A DNA stretch of 64,000 nt, from contig CAVWHX010000007.1 of assembly GCA_963754925.1 (NCBI GenBank), forward strand, positions 297,288 to 361,287. Direction: 5' to 3'. Shown in pieces: positions 32,515 through 42,501 of the stretch. Made by a program: the position numbers and the translations under genes. The notes under the pieces are model-generated. The model was not told the origin of the DNA. It saw only the letters and a program-made list of their open reading frames with translations, and ran no database searches. This DNA comes from an uncultured delta proteobacterium (GTDB lineage: Bacteria; Myxococcota; B64-G9). Position 1 is the stretch's first letter. Each line of letters starts with the position of its first letter.

Positions 32515-33246
32515 GTGTCCCTCGGTTCAATAGTTACTCTCGTCGGAGCGGTCGTGGCCTGGAGCGCGGGGATCATCTTTGATCGATCCACGGCCGCGGC
32601 CGCTGAGGTGGCGTTCCGGCCGGTTGCCGCCGCCGATCTCTGTGTGACCAGCGGATCCATAGAATCCCTGCCTTCGGGACAACTCCGGATTGACGCACCC
32701 TCAGTGCGGGCAGTGATGTACGGGCAAAACTCTCGGGCAGCGGAGCTCACCTTCTCCTATCGGGGACCGACCAGTAAAACGATCCACCTGTCGTCAGGCC
32801 TGCAGCGCCGTCAGCTCGGGCTTAAGCTACGGGCGCAGAACGGCTGCAATCTGGTGTATGTCATGTGGCGTATCATTCCCGAGCAAAAAGTGACGGTACA
32901 GGTTAAGTACAATCCTGGTCTCAAAAGATATGCGGAATGCACAAACGGGGGCTACCGCATCGTGAAACCGGCCAAGTCTTGGCCGGTCCCGATGCTAACC
33001 GAAGGCAGCAGCCACCGGTTGCGGGCATTGCTCGATGGCGAGACCATCCGCGTAGAGGTTGACAACCAGCCTGTCTGGATAGGTGAACTGGGAAGCGATG
33101 CGATGACGTTTGACGGCCCGATCGGCATTCGCACCGATAACGTCGCGATGGATTTCACGCTCTCGGTTGGATCACCGGCATTACCGACCGGTCAGATCTC
33201 GGCGATGACCGATCACTGCCATTCGGTCGAATCAGGTGGTGATTAA
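32515..33246 (+). CDS. Secreted beta-sandwich protein of unknown function
   Basis: AGGAG RBS + GTG; signal-like N-terminus; RRQLGLKLRAQNGCNLVYVMWR, GPIGIRTDN. Confidence 0.7.
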   Translation: MSLGSIVTLVGAVVAWSAGIIFDRSTAAAAEVAFRPVAAADLCVTSGSIESLPSGQLRIDAPSVRAVMYGQNSRAAELTFSYRGPTSKTIHLSSGLQRRQLGLKLRAQNGCNLVYVMWRIIPEQKVTVQVKYNPGLKRYAECTNGGYRIVKPAKSWPVPMLTEGSSHRLRALLDGETIRVEVDNQPVWIGELGSDAMTFDGPIGIRTDNVAMDFTLSVGSPALPTGQISAMTDHCHSVESGGD

Positions 33247-33307
33247 CTCCTGGCATCGGATCGAGCTAAGGCCAAACCGGGTCGCGGATGAATGGAGATT
33301 ATCAAAT

Positions 33308-34459
33308 ATGAATTTTGCCGTTATCGTTCTTCTGGCCCAAGCGGTTAATGCCGCGGCGGCGGTGGTACCAACAGTCGAAGCGAACGCTCCAAAGCGAAGC
33401 GATGATGAAGGAATCGCAGCTTACTGCCGGTACGTCGATGCCGTCGCCGACTCGGAAAGAGCCCTCCTGCTTGCCCCGAGCATCGTCAGCCAGGATGGTA
33501 TACTGCGCGCTACGGCCAGCCAAGCGGTGGTGGTGAACCAAAAGTTGCTGGAGCCGCACTTACGGGCGTCAGTGGGGTTGCAATATAGCATCGCTAAGCT
33601 CCGACAAGGGTTGCTGTTACGCGACCAGGCACGCGCCGAGTGTGAACGCTACCGGGCACTGAGCACGCTTACCGCTTTCGCCGAAACGAACAAGGAAGGG
33701 GTATCCCGGCGGGCGTTGTTGGCCAAGGTGGCGGTGTACGAGAAGTCAATACCGCATGCCCTTGAGATATTGTCGGCAAAACGTGCCGCTGTGGAGCAGT
33801 CTCGAGCCACCATCGATGACGTAAACGCCACTCAGCTTCGAATCGAAATGATGCGCAATGCCATTTCAGACGCCAAGGAGCAAATGGCTCGCCTTCCAGA
33901 AGCAAGCCCTGACGGTTCGATCTCTTTGGAAGAGTTGATGCAGCGCCATATTCGTGCCGAGGCGCAGGTGGAATCGATTGAGGCTTCTCTCAGAGGTGTA
34001 CAAGGTTGGGACATCTCGATCAATGGGGGATACGAGAACATTTGGCACCTGCGCGAGAGCGTGCCGGTGTACGGCGAGTTATTGCTCAGCTTCAATCTTG
34101 GAATGCTCTTCAAGTCAGGAGCGGACGAGCGCGCCGTCGAGTCTCGGAAGGCATGGACGATGCGACAGTCCGATGGCGCCTATGAACGCGTCAATCAGAC
34201 GCTGATGAAGTTGCGTGGCTTGCTCGAGACGCAAGAGGCCGGTCTTAAGGACGCGACTGCTCTCCGAGCGGAAATCGAGGCGCGCCTCAAACGTGTGGTG
34301 TACATGGATGCCGATCGAGCGAAGCGGTTTACCGATGACCTTTGGTTCGAGCTCGTTCGAGTCGTTGCCACCCAAGAGTACCTGAGTACGCAGGTCGAGG
34401 ATCTCAAAACTATTCTTGAGGGCGCTCCAAAAACTGGGGCGCCAGAGGAGGGTTCATGA
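33308..34459 (+). CDS. Secreted helical protein, possible TolC-like outer-membrane channel
   Basis: Signal peptide; helices alternate with short amphipathic strands (ASVGLQYS; GWDISINGGY; GELLLSFNLG). Confidence 0.55.
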   Translation: MNFAVIVLLAQAVNAAAAVVPTVEANAPKRSDDEGIAAYCRYVDAVADSERALLLAPSIVSQDGILRATASQAVVVNQKLLEPHLRASVGLQYSIAKLRQGLLLRDQARAECERYRALSTLTAFAETNKEGVSRRALLAKVAVYEKSIPHALEILSAKRAAVEQSRATIDDVNATQLRIEMMRNAISDAKEQMARLPEASPDGSISLEELMQRHIRAEAQVESIEASLRGVQGWDISINGGYENIWHLRESVPVYGELLLSFNLGMLFKSGADERAVESRKAWTMRQSDGAYERVNQTLMKLRGLLETQEAGLKDATALRAEIEARLKRVVYMDADRAKRFTDDLWFELVRVVATQEYLSTQVEDLKTILEGAPKTGAPEEGS

Positions 34460-34654
34460 GCGTACACGGTGAAAGCAAAAAGATAATGCAAGCTCTTTAC
34501 GTTATTACGAGAGGTATTAGATTGAGTTAACAAAAAATCGTTAAGCATCCTCAAAAAGATCCTTCGTGACGAAAACACGCTCACGAAGGGTGTGGCAATG
34601 CCAACGTGAGTGCAAACTTTTGAACGCGGTTACTTCATTAATGAGGAGGTCCAT

Positions 34655-35965
34655 ATGTTGCAATCATTCATCAATAAGATTGAAGCGAAGCAAGCTGTTA
34701 TTGGTATTATTGGACTTGGTTATGTTGGCCTGCCGCTCGGGATAACATTCGCCCGGGCGGGTTATCGGGTCATAGGATTCGACAACGATACGAAGAAAGT
34801 AACGTTTCTGAATGAGGGTAAATCCTATCTCGAGCACATTCCCGCCGAGTCGTTTTCTTCCTTGGTTCAGAAAAAACTGCTTTTGGCTACCGACAACTTC
34901 AGTAACATCAAAGAGGTCGATGCAATTATCGTGTGTGTTCCAACCCCGCTCAACGACAGCCGCGAGCCTGACCTATCTTTTGTCGAGGGCGCCGCCAAAG
35001 CCGTTGCGCCATATCTGAAAAAAGGTCAGTTGTTTTCACTTGAATCAAGCACCTACCCGGGGACGACCGATGAACTCTGCAGACAGGCTCTTGAAAAAGG
35101 ATCTGGACTTGTGGCAGGGAAGGACTTTTTCCTGGTATTTAGCCCCGAGCGTGAGGATCCGGGCAATCCAAATTTTCACACGAAAAACATTCCCAAGATT
35201 GTCGGCGGTCTGACGCCTGATTGTCGGGAGGCTGGTGTGAAGCTGTATGGCGCCGCCGTTGATAACATAGTGCCGGTTTCCTCTGCCCGCACCGCTGAAA
35301 TGGTCAAGTTGTTCGAAAATATTTATCGGGCGGTGAACATAGCGTTGGTCAATGAGCTCAAACTTGTTTCCCAGCGGTTGAACATTGATGTCTGGGAGGT
35401 TATCCAGGCAGCGGCGACAAAGCCTTTTGGCTTTCAAGCTTTTTGGCCCGGACCGGGACTGGGCGGCCACTGCATACCGATCGATCCTTTCTACCTTACC
35501 TGGAAGGCGCGTCAGGTTGATTTCAGGACCCGCTTTATCGAGCTGGCCGGCGAGATCAACACCAACATGCCGTACCACGTGGTCGAACGGATTGGCGAGG
35601 CCCTCAACCAAAAACGAAAGAGCCTCAACGGTTCGAGCGTATTGGTTTTAGGTGTCGCCTATAAGCCCGACATTGATGATATGCGCGAGAGCCCGGCGCT
35701 GAAAATTATCGATCTTCTGCAGGGCAAGGGTGCTCGGGTGCTCTACCATGATCCGCACGTACCGGCATTACATCCGATGCATAAGTTCAACTTTGACCTG
35801 AAATCAGTGCCGCTGACCGAGAGCTTGCTGCAAGCGACCAATTGTGTGGTGGTGGTCACTAATCATAAAAATATCGACTATGATCTTGTTGCTCATAATG
35901 CGGATCTGGTCATTGACTCGCGTCATTGCGTTCCGCGAGATGGAGGAAATGTTGTGGAGGCGTAG
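34655..35965 (+). CDS. Nucleotide-sugar 6-dehydrogenase (WbpA/UDP-GlcNAc dehydrogenase type)
   Basis: GLGYVGLP, CVPTP, ESSTYPG, SPEREDPG, GPGLGGHCIPIDP, YKPDIDDMRESP. Confidence 0.92.
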   Translation: MLQSFINKIEAKQAVIGIIGLGYVGLPLGITFARAGYRVIGFDNDTKKVTFLNEGKSYLEHIPAESFSSLVQKKLLLATDNFSNIKEVDAIIVCVPTPLNDSREPDLSFVEGAAKAVAPYLKKGQLFSLESSTYPGTTDELCRQALEKGSGLVAGKDFFLVFSPEREDPGNPNFHTKNIPKIVGGLTPDCREAGVKLYGAAVDNIVPVSSARTAEMVKLFENIYRAVNIALVNELKLVSQRLNIDVWEVIQAAATKPFGFQAFWPGPGLGGHCIPIDPFYLTWKARQVDFRTRFIELAGEINTNMPYHVVERIGEALNQKRKSLNGSSVLVLGVAYKPDIDDMRESPALKIIDLLQGKGARVLYHDPHVPALHPMHKFNFDLKSVPLTESLLQATNCVVVVTNHKNIDYDLVAHNADLVIDSRHCVPRDGGNVVEA

Positions 35966-36036
35966 AGGCAGATGCAGAACCAAGGGGGCAGGTGAACGGT
36001 ACCTCAATGGAGATGTGCGCATGAGGAGCTACTACC

Positions 36037-37803
36037 ATGCCTATAATCAATACCATAAGCCAAAGGAACATTCTTTCACCTGTTAAAGGAATTTTCTCAT
36101 CAATCTCTAACCGTTTTCTTCAGTCGTGGATTGTAACCGCGATTTTCTTGCTCGCTGCGCCTGTAGCCTCCCGCGGCATGACAATCGTCTCGCTGACCTT
36201 CGATGATGCCAACGCGGATCAACTTGCCGCAATACCGATGCTCGCCGCGCATGGCATGCACGGCACTTTCTACATACCGACCGGTCGTGTGGGTACGGCC
36301 TCGTTCCTTACCTGGTCGGATCTGCTCGGTCTTCAGACCGCCGGACATGAAATCGCCGGCCACACCATTGACCACCTCCACCTCACGACGCTCTCTCTTG
36401 CAGACCAAAAGCATCAGATTTGCGACGATCGGACTGCGCTTCTAACGCACGGGCTTGCCGCCATGGATTTCGCGTATCCCTTCGGTGACGCCGATTCAAC
36501 AACAGAAATCGTTGTTGCCGGTTGCGGGTATACGTCAGCGCGCGATATCGGCGGCATCATCTCGCCCGACGGTTGCAGCGATTGTGCCTATGCTGAAACC
36601 ATCCCGTCACGAGATCCGTTCATGATTCGATCACCCAGTTCGGTGAAGGATACCTGGACGCTCGCCGATCTCAAAAACGCCGTCACTGGCGCCGAGGCGC
36701 ACGGCGGCGATTGGTTGATCTTTACCTTCCACCACATCTGCTCCTCCTGCAACACCTATCAAGTTGATCCGACGACTCTCGACGCATTCCTTGCCTGGCT
36801 CGAACTGCGCGCGGCAACCGGGACCATCGTCAGGACCGTGCGCGAAGTGGTCGAGACGGACGTCGATTGCGGCGGCGGGAACTGTCCTCGATGCGATACC
36901 GGCAAGGTCTGTGTCGGTGGTGGCGATTGTATCTCGGGATGCTGTAGCAAAGGCGCCTGCGCGGATATAACGAGCTGTCAAAATCTTGGTGGCACCGTGG
37001 ATCGTTTCGGCATCAAGGAGCTTTACCCGACCATCTCCGGCGGCAAGGAATGGTTCTCAAAATGGGATAACGGGATAGCCAGAAACTTCACGGGCATCGA
37101 CCCCAACGACAGCTGGTTCGACGCCGATCACGGCAGCGGAAGTTATTCGACCGATGGAATGGGAGTGCTCAAAATCAGCGGCAGTGTTCCGCGCATGTAC
37201 GTGCACGACCCTGCGCATGTCGATCAGTGGCGTAACGTCGAGATGACCATGTACTTCATGCGCGTGGCTGACGACAACGCGCACGCCTGGGCGGGCATGG
37301 CGGGGCTGGCGCGCACCGACCACGGCACCATCGGCAATGAAGAGGTCAACTTGTGCGACACACGTGGCCTCAACGCTCGCATGCGTCAGGACGGACACAT
37401 CGACTTCGAGAAAGAAACAAGACATCCGGACTCGACCACCACGGGCAACAAGACCTATTGGAGCAATGGGTTACCTAAAAACGTCTGGATCGGCTACAAG
37501 CATGCCGTTTACGATCTGCCGGACGGCAATGTGAAGCAGGAGCTGTGGATCGACGAGAGCGATGGCCAAGACGGAGGTCAATGGGTGAAAATCAACGAGG
37601 CCATCGACGACGGCACCTTCTTCGGCAAGGGCATGACGCCGTGCGCGACCGGTATCGATCCGGCGATGAAACTTACCGCCGCCTCCGACCGATTGGGCTC
37701 CGAGACCCACAAACCCAACATAACCGTCTACTTCCGCAGCGACGAGGTCAGCACCAACGGCCTGCTCTACAAAAAAGGAAGTGTTCGCGAAATCGCCCCG
37801 TAA
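36037..37803 (+). CDS. NodB/CE4 deacetylase + Cys-rich DVDCGG repeat + uncharacterised C-terminal domain
   Basis: [34 protein letters not shown]...; C-terminal domain shared with 23588..25363. Confidence 0.88.
   Translation: MPIINTISQRNILSPVKGIFSSISNRFLQSWIVTAIFLLAAPVASRGMTIVSLTFDDANADQLAAIPMLAAHGMHGTFYIPTGRVGTASFLTWSDLLGLQTAGHEIAGHTIDHLHLTTLSLADQKHQICDDRTALLTHGLAAMDFAYPFGDADSTTEIVVAGCGYTSARDIGGIISPDGCSDCAYAETIPSRDPFMIRSPSSVKDTWTLADLKNAVTGAEAHGGDWLIFTFHHICSSCNTYQVDPTTLDAFLAWLELRAATGTIVRTVREVVETDVDCGGGNCPRCDTGKVCVGGGDCISGCCSKGACADITSCQNLGGTVDRFGIKELYPTISGGKEWFSKWDNGIARNFTGIDPNDSWFDADHGSGSYSTDGMGVLKISGSVPRMYVHDPAHVDQWRNVEMTMYFMRVADDNAHAWAGMAGLARTDHGTIGNEEVNLCDTRGLNARMRQDGHIDFEKETRHPDSTTTGNKTYWSNGLPKNVWIGYKHAVYDLPDGNVKQELWIDESDGQDGGQWVKINEAIDDGTFFGKGMTPCATGIDPAMKLTAASDRLGSETHKPNITVYFRSDEVSTNGLLYKKGSVREIAP
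37000..37462 (+). repeat. 463 bp inverted repeat, copy B
   Basis: Reverse complement of 23929-24391; one mismatch at 37318. Confidence 0.92.
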
Positions 37804-37943
37804 CATCGGCCGTATATATAGACAAATCTAAAGAAATCTTATCAACCAGCCCGTTAACTTTGAAATATTGATCTATTCTACAGGCTCCAACCTACCGACG
37901 GGCTTCACCCTATTTTTTCCACCCTTTCTTATAAATCGTGGAT

Positions 37944-37959
37944 TGGCACTATCTTTGCC
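37944..37959 (+). promoter_or_regulatory. Putative sigma54 promoter
   Basis: TGGCACTATCTTTGCC. Confidence 0.6.
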
Positions 37960-38089
37960 TTCTATCATTCAATACGCATTCGATTTGACAGATTCCCGAG
38001 CGAGAATACCCACTCATCAAGGGCAACGTTGCCCATCACGATTGGGTTAGGATCGAATGTTGCAATGACGAGAGCAACGGGAGGATGCG

Positions 38090-38719
38090 GTGATGATCGT
38101 GGATCCGAAGATCGAACGCTACCTGGAAGAATTGCTGCCCGCCGCGGATTCGCTTCAACGGGAAATGGAGCGCCGCGCCCGGGTAGAGGGCTTCCCCATT
38201 GTGGGCGCTCACGTGGGGCGTCTCCTTTTTATTCTGGCGCGGTCTATGCGGGCAAGGAGCGTCCTCGAACTTGGCTCTGGGTATGGATACTCGGCGCTTT
38301 GGTTTGGGCGCGCTTTGCCCGAAAACGGCGAGGTGCACTTAACCGACCGGTCAGAGGAAAACCTCATGAGCGCGCGTCGCTACTTACAACGCGCCGGGCT
38401 TCTTGCCAAGGCCCGCTTTCACCACGGTGAGGCGCTCTCGATTATCGATCGCATCAGAGGTCGATTTGACATTGTTTTCAACGATATTGACAAGGAACAC
38501 TACCCAGAAGTAGTCGACAAGGCCATCAGAGTTCTGCGCCCCGGAGGCTTACTAATCTCCGACAACACCCTATGGAAGGGAAACGTTCACCGAACACGGG
38601 TCGATGCCGCCACCCGGGGCGTTCAGAAATACAATCACAGGGTTTTCACGCATTCACAGCTGCAAACCGTGATTCTTCCCCTGCGCGACGGGGTGGCCAT
38701 TAGCCTCAAAAATGGGTAA
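38090..38719 (+). CDS. Class I O-methyltransferase (caffeoyl-CoA OMT/Methyltransf_3 family)
   Basis: VLELGSGYGYS, FDIVFNDIDK, LRPGGLLISDN, PLRDG. Confidence 0.92.
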   Translation: MMIVDPKIERYLEELLPAADSLQREMERRARVEGFPIVGAHVGRLLFILARSMRARSVLELGSGYGYSALWFGRALPENGEVHLTDRSEENLMSARRYLQRAGLLAKARFHHGEALSIIDRIRGRFDIVFNDIDKEHYPEVVDKAIRVLRPGGLLISDNTLWKGNVHRTRVDAATRGVQKYNHRVFTHSQLQTVILPLRDGVAISLKNG

Positions 38720-38735
38720 TCCGATTAATCCGGAA

Positions 38736-39326
38736 TTATTGCTTTGCTTTTGTAAATCGAGACTTCTTTATTTCGTTGGGGGAATGCTTCAGTTCAGCTT
38801 CTAGTCGCTCCACAATGTTTTGGTACTTTTCGTGGATCAACGAGCGATCAAACTGCCAGAACTCCTCAAACATCTTACTTTGTTCTTCTTTCTTAAAATA
38901 ACTCATGATCGGCACGAAAAAGTGTCGGTCCTCTTTTTCGATATGGCGCGGATAGAATTCGGCGAGTTCAACCAACAGGCGCCCGATGTCGGCAACCGCC
39001 TTGTGTGAGCCTCGGGCGTACTTTTTTTTGACATCGACCAGCGCTCGAACAATACTTCGTGCCTGCACGTGCTCATCGATTAATTCTTGCATGATCTTCT
39101 CGTGTTCCGGAGCAATATTCTTTTTGCCGAGATCTCGGAAGAGAATGTCTTCTTCTTTGCCATGGTGGCAGCGGTCGGCATAGGTTTTAATAAAATCGAC
39201 CGCGTCGTCGATGAACAAGACATCAGCTTTGCCGGTGGCCTGAATTCTTTTAGCCTCAATGGCCAGGCACCGAATCAAACGCTCTATCAGTCTATGCTCG
39301 ATCATCAATGGGGCAATCGGCATCAT
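38736..39326 (-). CDS. Hemerythrin/HHE cation-binding domain protein
   Basis: EHRLI, CHHGKEE, DEH, HIEKED. Confidence 0.92.
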   Translation of the reverse strand: MMPIAPLMIEHRLIERLIRCLAIEAKRIQATGKADVLFIDDAVDFIKTYADRCHHGKEEDILFRDLGKKNIAPEHEKIMQELIDEHVQARSIVRALVDVKKKYARGSHKAVADIGRLLVELAEFYPRHIEKEDRHFFVPIMSYFKKEEQSKMFEEFWQFDRSLIHEKYQNIVERLEAELKHSPNEIKKSRFTKAKQ

Positions 39327-39397
39327 AGGTACTCACCTCACTCCTCGTCACCTGCATGAGAGTAGTTAAGGAGTTGGGGGGATGGTCGGTTGAATCG

Positions 39398-39817
39398 TTA
39401 GTCTAATTGCTCGAGCTCTTTAGGCAAAATCACTCGATCGATAACATGAATGACGCCATTCTCGGCAATAACATCCGCCCGAATAACTTTGGCTTTATTT
39501 ACCATCGCTCCATTTTTTGTGTCAACAGTAATATGTTGCCCTTGGACCGTGCGAGCGGATTTCATACTGAGGACATTGTTCCACAATACAGCACCCGAAA
39601 GAAGATGTAAGTTGAGAATGGTTTTTAGCAGTAGAATATTGTTAAATAACGAGTCAACAGTTCCCGGTGGGAGATTATCAAAGGCTTCGTCGTTGGGAGC
39701 GAAAACGGTGAAAGGCCCTGCATTGGTAAGCGTCTCATCAAGCCCCACTGCCCGCGCGGCACAGATCAAGGTGTTAAGTCGACCTACACTGCGAGCGGTA
39801 GCGATTATATTTTCCAT
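39398..39817 (-). CDS. Fasciclin (FAS1) domain protein
   Basis: FTVFAPNDEAF, NGVIHVIDRVI. Confidence 0.92.
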   Translation of the reverse strand: MENIIATARSVGRLNTLICAARAVGLDETLTNAGPFTVFAPNDEAFDNLPPGTVDSLFNNILLLKTILNLHLLSGAVLWNNVLSMKSARTVQGQHITVDTKNGAMVNKAKVIRADVIAENGVIHVIDRVILPKELEQLD

Positions 39818-39894
39818 ACATCCACCCCCTTTTTCACGGATCTGTTCTCTTAAAAACCTATCCTCCTGTGCCAATTCAGCAATTAGATATCAGT

Positions 39895-39910
39895 AGCAAG
39901 ATTTACGCCA
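39895..39910 (-). promoter_or_regulatory. Putative sigma54 promoter
   Basis: TGGCGTAAATCTTGCT upstream of the fasciclin gene. Confidence 0.55.
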
Positions 39911-40073
39911 GGACTAGAAACGTTTACCTTTAATCGATTAAATCAACAAATAGTAAGGGGTTGAGCCCGTGCGCGTTTTTCAAATGTTTCATCGACGCCG
40001 TTCAAAATGAATAGTTAAATTTGGTTGATGAACACATTTAGACTGGTGCATTTTGGGGGGTAAGAGAAGGTGG

Positions 40074-40397
40074 TCAGTGCAACAAATTCAGCGTGTTGGA
40101 TCCGTCATCAACGAAATAAATACCCGCCGTTTGATCAAGTGCCAAGCCAAATAGCGTACCAGCCCCCGGAGGCGGACCGCCGGTATTGTCCAGCAGCGTC
40201 TTGTTGATCTGATCGCCTTGGCGTGTGATCTCGGTCAGGTAGCCATCATTGCCATTGACCGTCAGAATGTGACCGTTTGAAGCAACGATCAGTCCCAAGG
40301 GATCGTTCAAGCTGCCGCCCGTTGTAAGGGTAGAGCCTATGCCCGCTGAATCATCGCGGCCGAAGGGATCTTTGATGGCTGCAATACGGTTGCTCAA
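40074..40397 (-). pseudogene. 3' fragment of a beta-propeller-like protein
   Basis: LNDPLGL...GTLFGL...YFVDDGSNTLNLLH; no RBS or N-terminal part. Confidence 0.55.
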
Positions 40398-40523
40398 AAT
40401 GAATAGGTCAATGTGATCACTTGGCTCAATTTGAGCCTAAGTTCTTAAACCCGCATCATTTTGGTCGTGATTGTTTTTCTAACCGAACGGGATTAAGACT
40501 TCAGCGAGCCTCGAACATAATGG

Positions 40524-41450
40524 TCATCGTTTTTTATTGCCACGGCCATAAAGCTGAGACAAGGCATCCACTAATTTAGGAAAAGCAAAAACAAAACCAC
40601 TGCGCAACAGGGCCGCTGGTTTGACTCGAACCCCGGAAAGCACCATTTCACGCCCCTGTTCGCCGAAAGTTAACTTAATAATACTCGAAGGCACCGGTAC
40701 TAACGCCGGTCGCCTGAGAACCTTTGCGACGGTTTTAGCAAACTCCCGCATGGTCACCGGGAATGGTGCGGTCACGTTGACTGGCCCGCTCAGTTCGTGG
40801 TGCGACAACAAGTGGGTAATGGCCCTGAGTTCATCCTGCAGATGAATCCAGGATAACCATTGCCGTCCCGTGCCCACGACACCGCCCACAAAGAAGCGAA
40901 ACGGCATCACCATGAGCGGCAGCGCCCCACCATCGCGATCGAGCACCACCCCGCTACGCATCCAGACAACGCGCGTGTCGCTGCCGTTTAGTGTGCGCGC
41001 CGGCTGTTCCCATGCCTGACACACGTCGGCAAGAAAACCGTGACCCGGCTCTCCGTTGTCATTGACTTCCTCATCCCCATGTCCGTAGAACCCCACCGCT
41101 GAGGCCTGCAACAGCACTCGCTCTTTACGCTTCGCATTTCGCAGGGCCTCGACCAGCAGAGTCGCCGTCTGTACCCTGGACTCAACGATTCGCGTTTTAC
41201 GCTCCTCGGTCCAGTTACCTCCCGCGAGGCTCTCACCGGATAAATTTATCAGCGCATCGCATTCGTCCACCGCTCTGGTCCATTGACCCGCGACCGCACC
41301 ATCCCAGCGTTCGTAGCGGATAGAAGCGGTATTGGTACAGGGCGCATTGGTTCGACGGGTGAGGACACAGACTTCGTGCTTCTGCCCCGCGAGAAAGGCA
41401 ACCAGCGCACCACCGATGAACCCTGTTCCTCCGGCAACGACGATTTTCAC
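40524..41450 (-). CDS. TIGR01777/YfcH-family NAD-dependent epimerase-like oxidoreductase
   Basis: GGTGFIG, QASAVGFYG, GFLADVCQAWE, SWIH, GPVN. Confidence 0.92.
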   Translation of the reverse strand: MKIVVAGGTGFIGGALVAFLAGQKHEVCVLTRRTNAPCTNTASIRYERWDGAVAGQWTRAVDECDALINLSGESLAGGNWTEERKTRIVESRVQTATLLVEALRNAKRKERVLLQASAVGFYGHGDEEVNDNGEPGHGFLADVCQAWEQPARTLNGSDTRVVWMRSGVVLDRDGGALPLMVMPFRFFVGGVVGTGRQWLSWIHLQDELRAITHLLSHHELSGPVNVTAPFPVTMREFAKTVAKVLRRPALVPVPSSIIKLTFGEQGREMVLSGVRVKPAALLRSGFVFAFPKLVDALSQLYGRGNKKR

Positions 41451-41880
41451 AACGACTCCCCTCGTACCGTATAGATGTCTATGAGGCGCTCACATCCCTA
41501 CGGTTGAGCCTAACCGACAGTCCCCAAGGTGGTCAATCAACAAACACCCGGGGAATCTTTTTAATGCGTTAACTGTTTGCCATGTGACAGCGGAAGTGAC
41601 TTTCGCGCTAACGGCATGCTACCGTCGTTTTCATTTGATCGTGATCGAATAGTTATCGTTGGAGCCGCCTGATTCCTTACCTTTGGAGATCGCTATCCCC
41701 GTTCCCGCGGCGAAGAAGCCGACAAGGAAGAAATAGCGGTTTTTGTCGAGAAGGTGTTCGGTGACCGCGCCAGATGGATGGTGTTGAGATGGCAACCCTA
41801 AGTCCTGAGGAAAACTGTCTCCATCACCATCGACGCAGGCAAGATCAACAATCTTTATTTTGAACCCAATTAACAGACGT

Positions 41881-42471
41881 TCAGTCCATTTCAATATTCC
41901 ACGTAAATCCCATCTCGAGATCAATCATATCGTCGCCGTCACCGCCTCCCGAGTGCACCGTGAAACTCGTAACATGACCATTATGAACTTCAATAACCGC
42001 CTTAACGCTCCCAATCAGCGCATCCCACATATCCTGGTTGAACCCGGTGCACTTCGTACACTGAAGCCGGCCGCTCGTTGTGCTCACATCCGTTATTTTC
42101 ATGACGGCGTCATAGACATAGGAATTGAAGAAGAATGGCGCTCGTTTTAATATAGATTTTCGCGAAAGAATGAGTCGAGCATATTTATAAACGCCTTTAG
42201 TGAGAGCCTCGGTGATGGTCATATATGCAAGCTCTCTTAGAATTTCAGGTTTGCCTCCCGTTACCTTTTTAATGGCGGCAAGTATCTGCAGCAGCCAATC
42301 GAGCGGATACCAACCGCTTTGCACGATGCCTCTATATTTTATTTTGTCTTGAATTTCATGAGGCAATTCCAATAACAATGCGTCAACAGCCCCGCTTCCT
42401 TTGGTTTTCTTCAGACTCTCGATCCCGCCAAGAATGGCTGCCCCCTTTACCCGTGGTCTGTCGTTCGCCAT
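41881..42471 (-). CDS. Hypothetical protein, TIGR02265/DUF2378-like
   Basis: RVKG N-terminus, SGWYPL motif. Confidence 0.6.
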   Translation of the reverse strand: MANDRPRVKGAAILGGIESLKKTKGSGAVDALLLELPHEIQDKIKYRGIVQSGWYPLDWLLQILAAIKKVTGGKPEILRELAYMTITEALTKGVYKYARLILSRKSILKRAPFFFNSYVYDAVMKITDVSTTSGRLQCTKCTGFNQDMWDALIGSVKAVIEVHNGHVTSFTVHSGGGDGDDMIDLEMGFTWNIEMD

Positions 42472-42501
42472 AGCGTCCCCTTCTGCCCGTATAACCCTGT
42501 G

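Noticed and set aside
41631..41924. 97 aa ORF
   Set aside because: Overlaps the end of the neighbouring gene, has no RBS, and is at best a short C-terminal remnant
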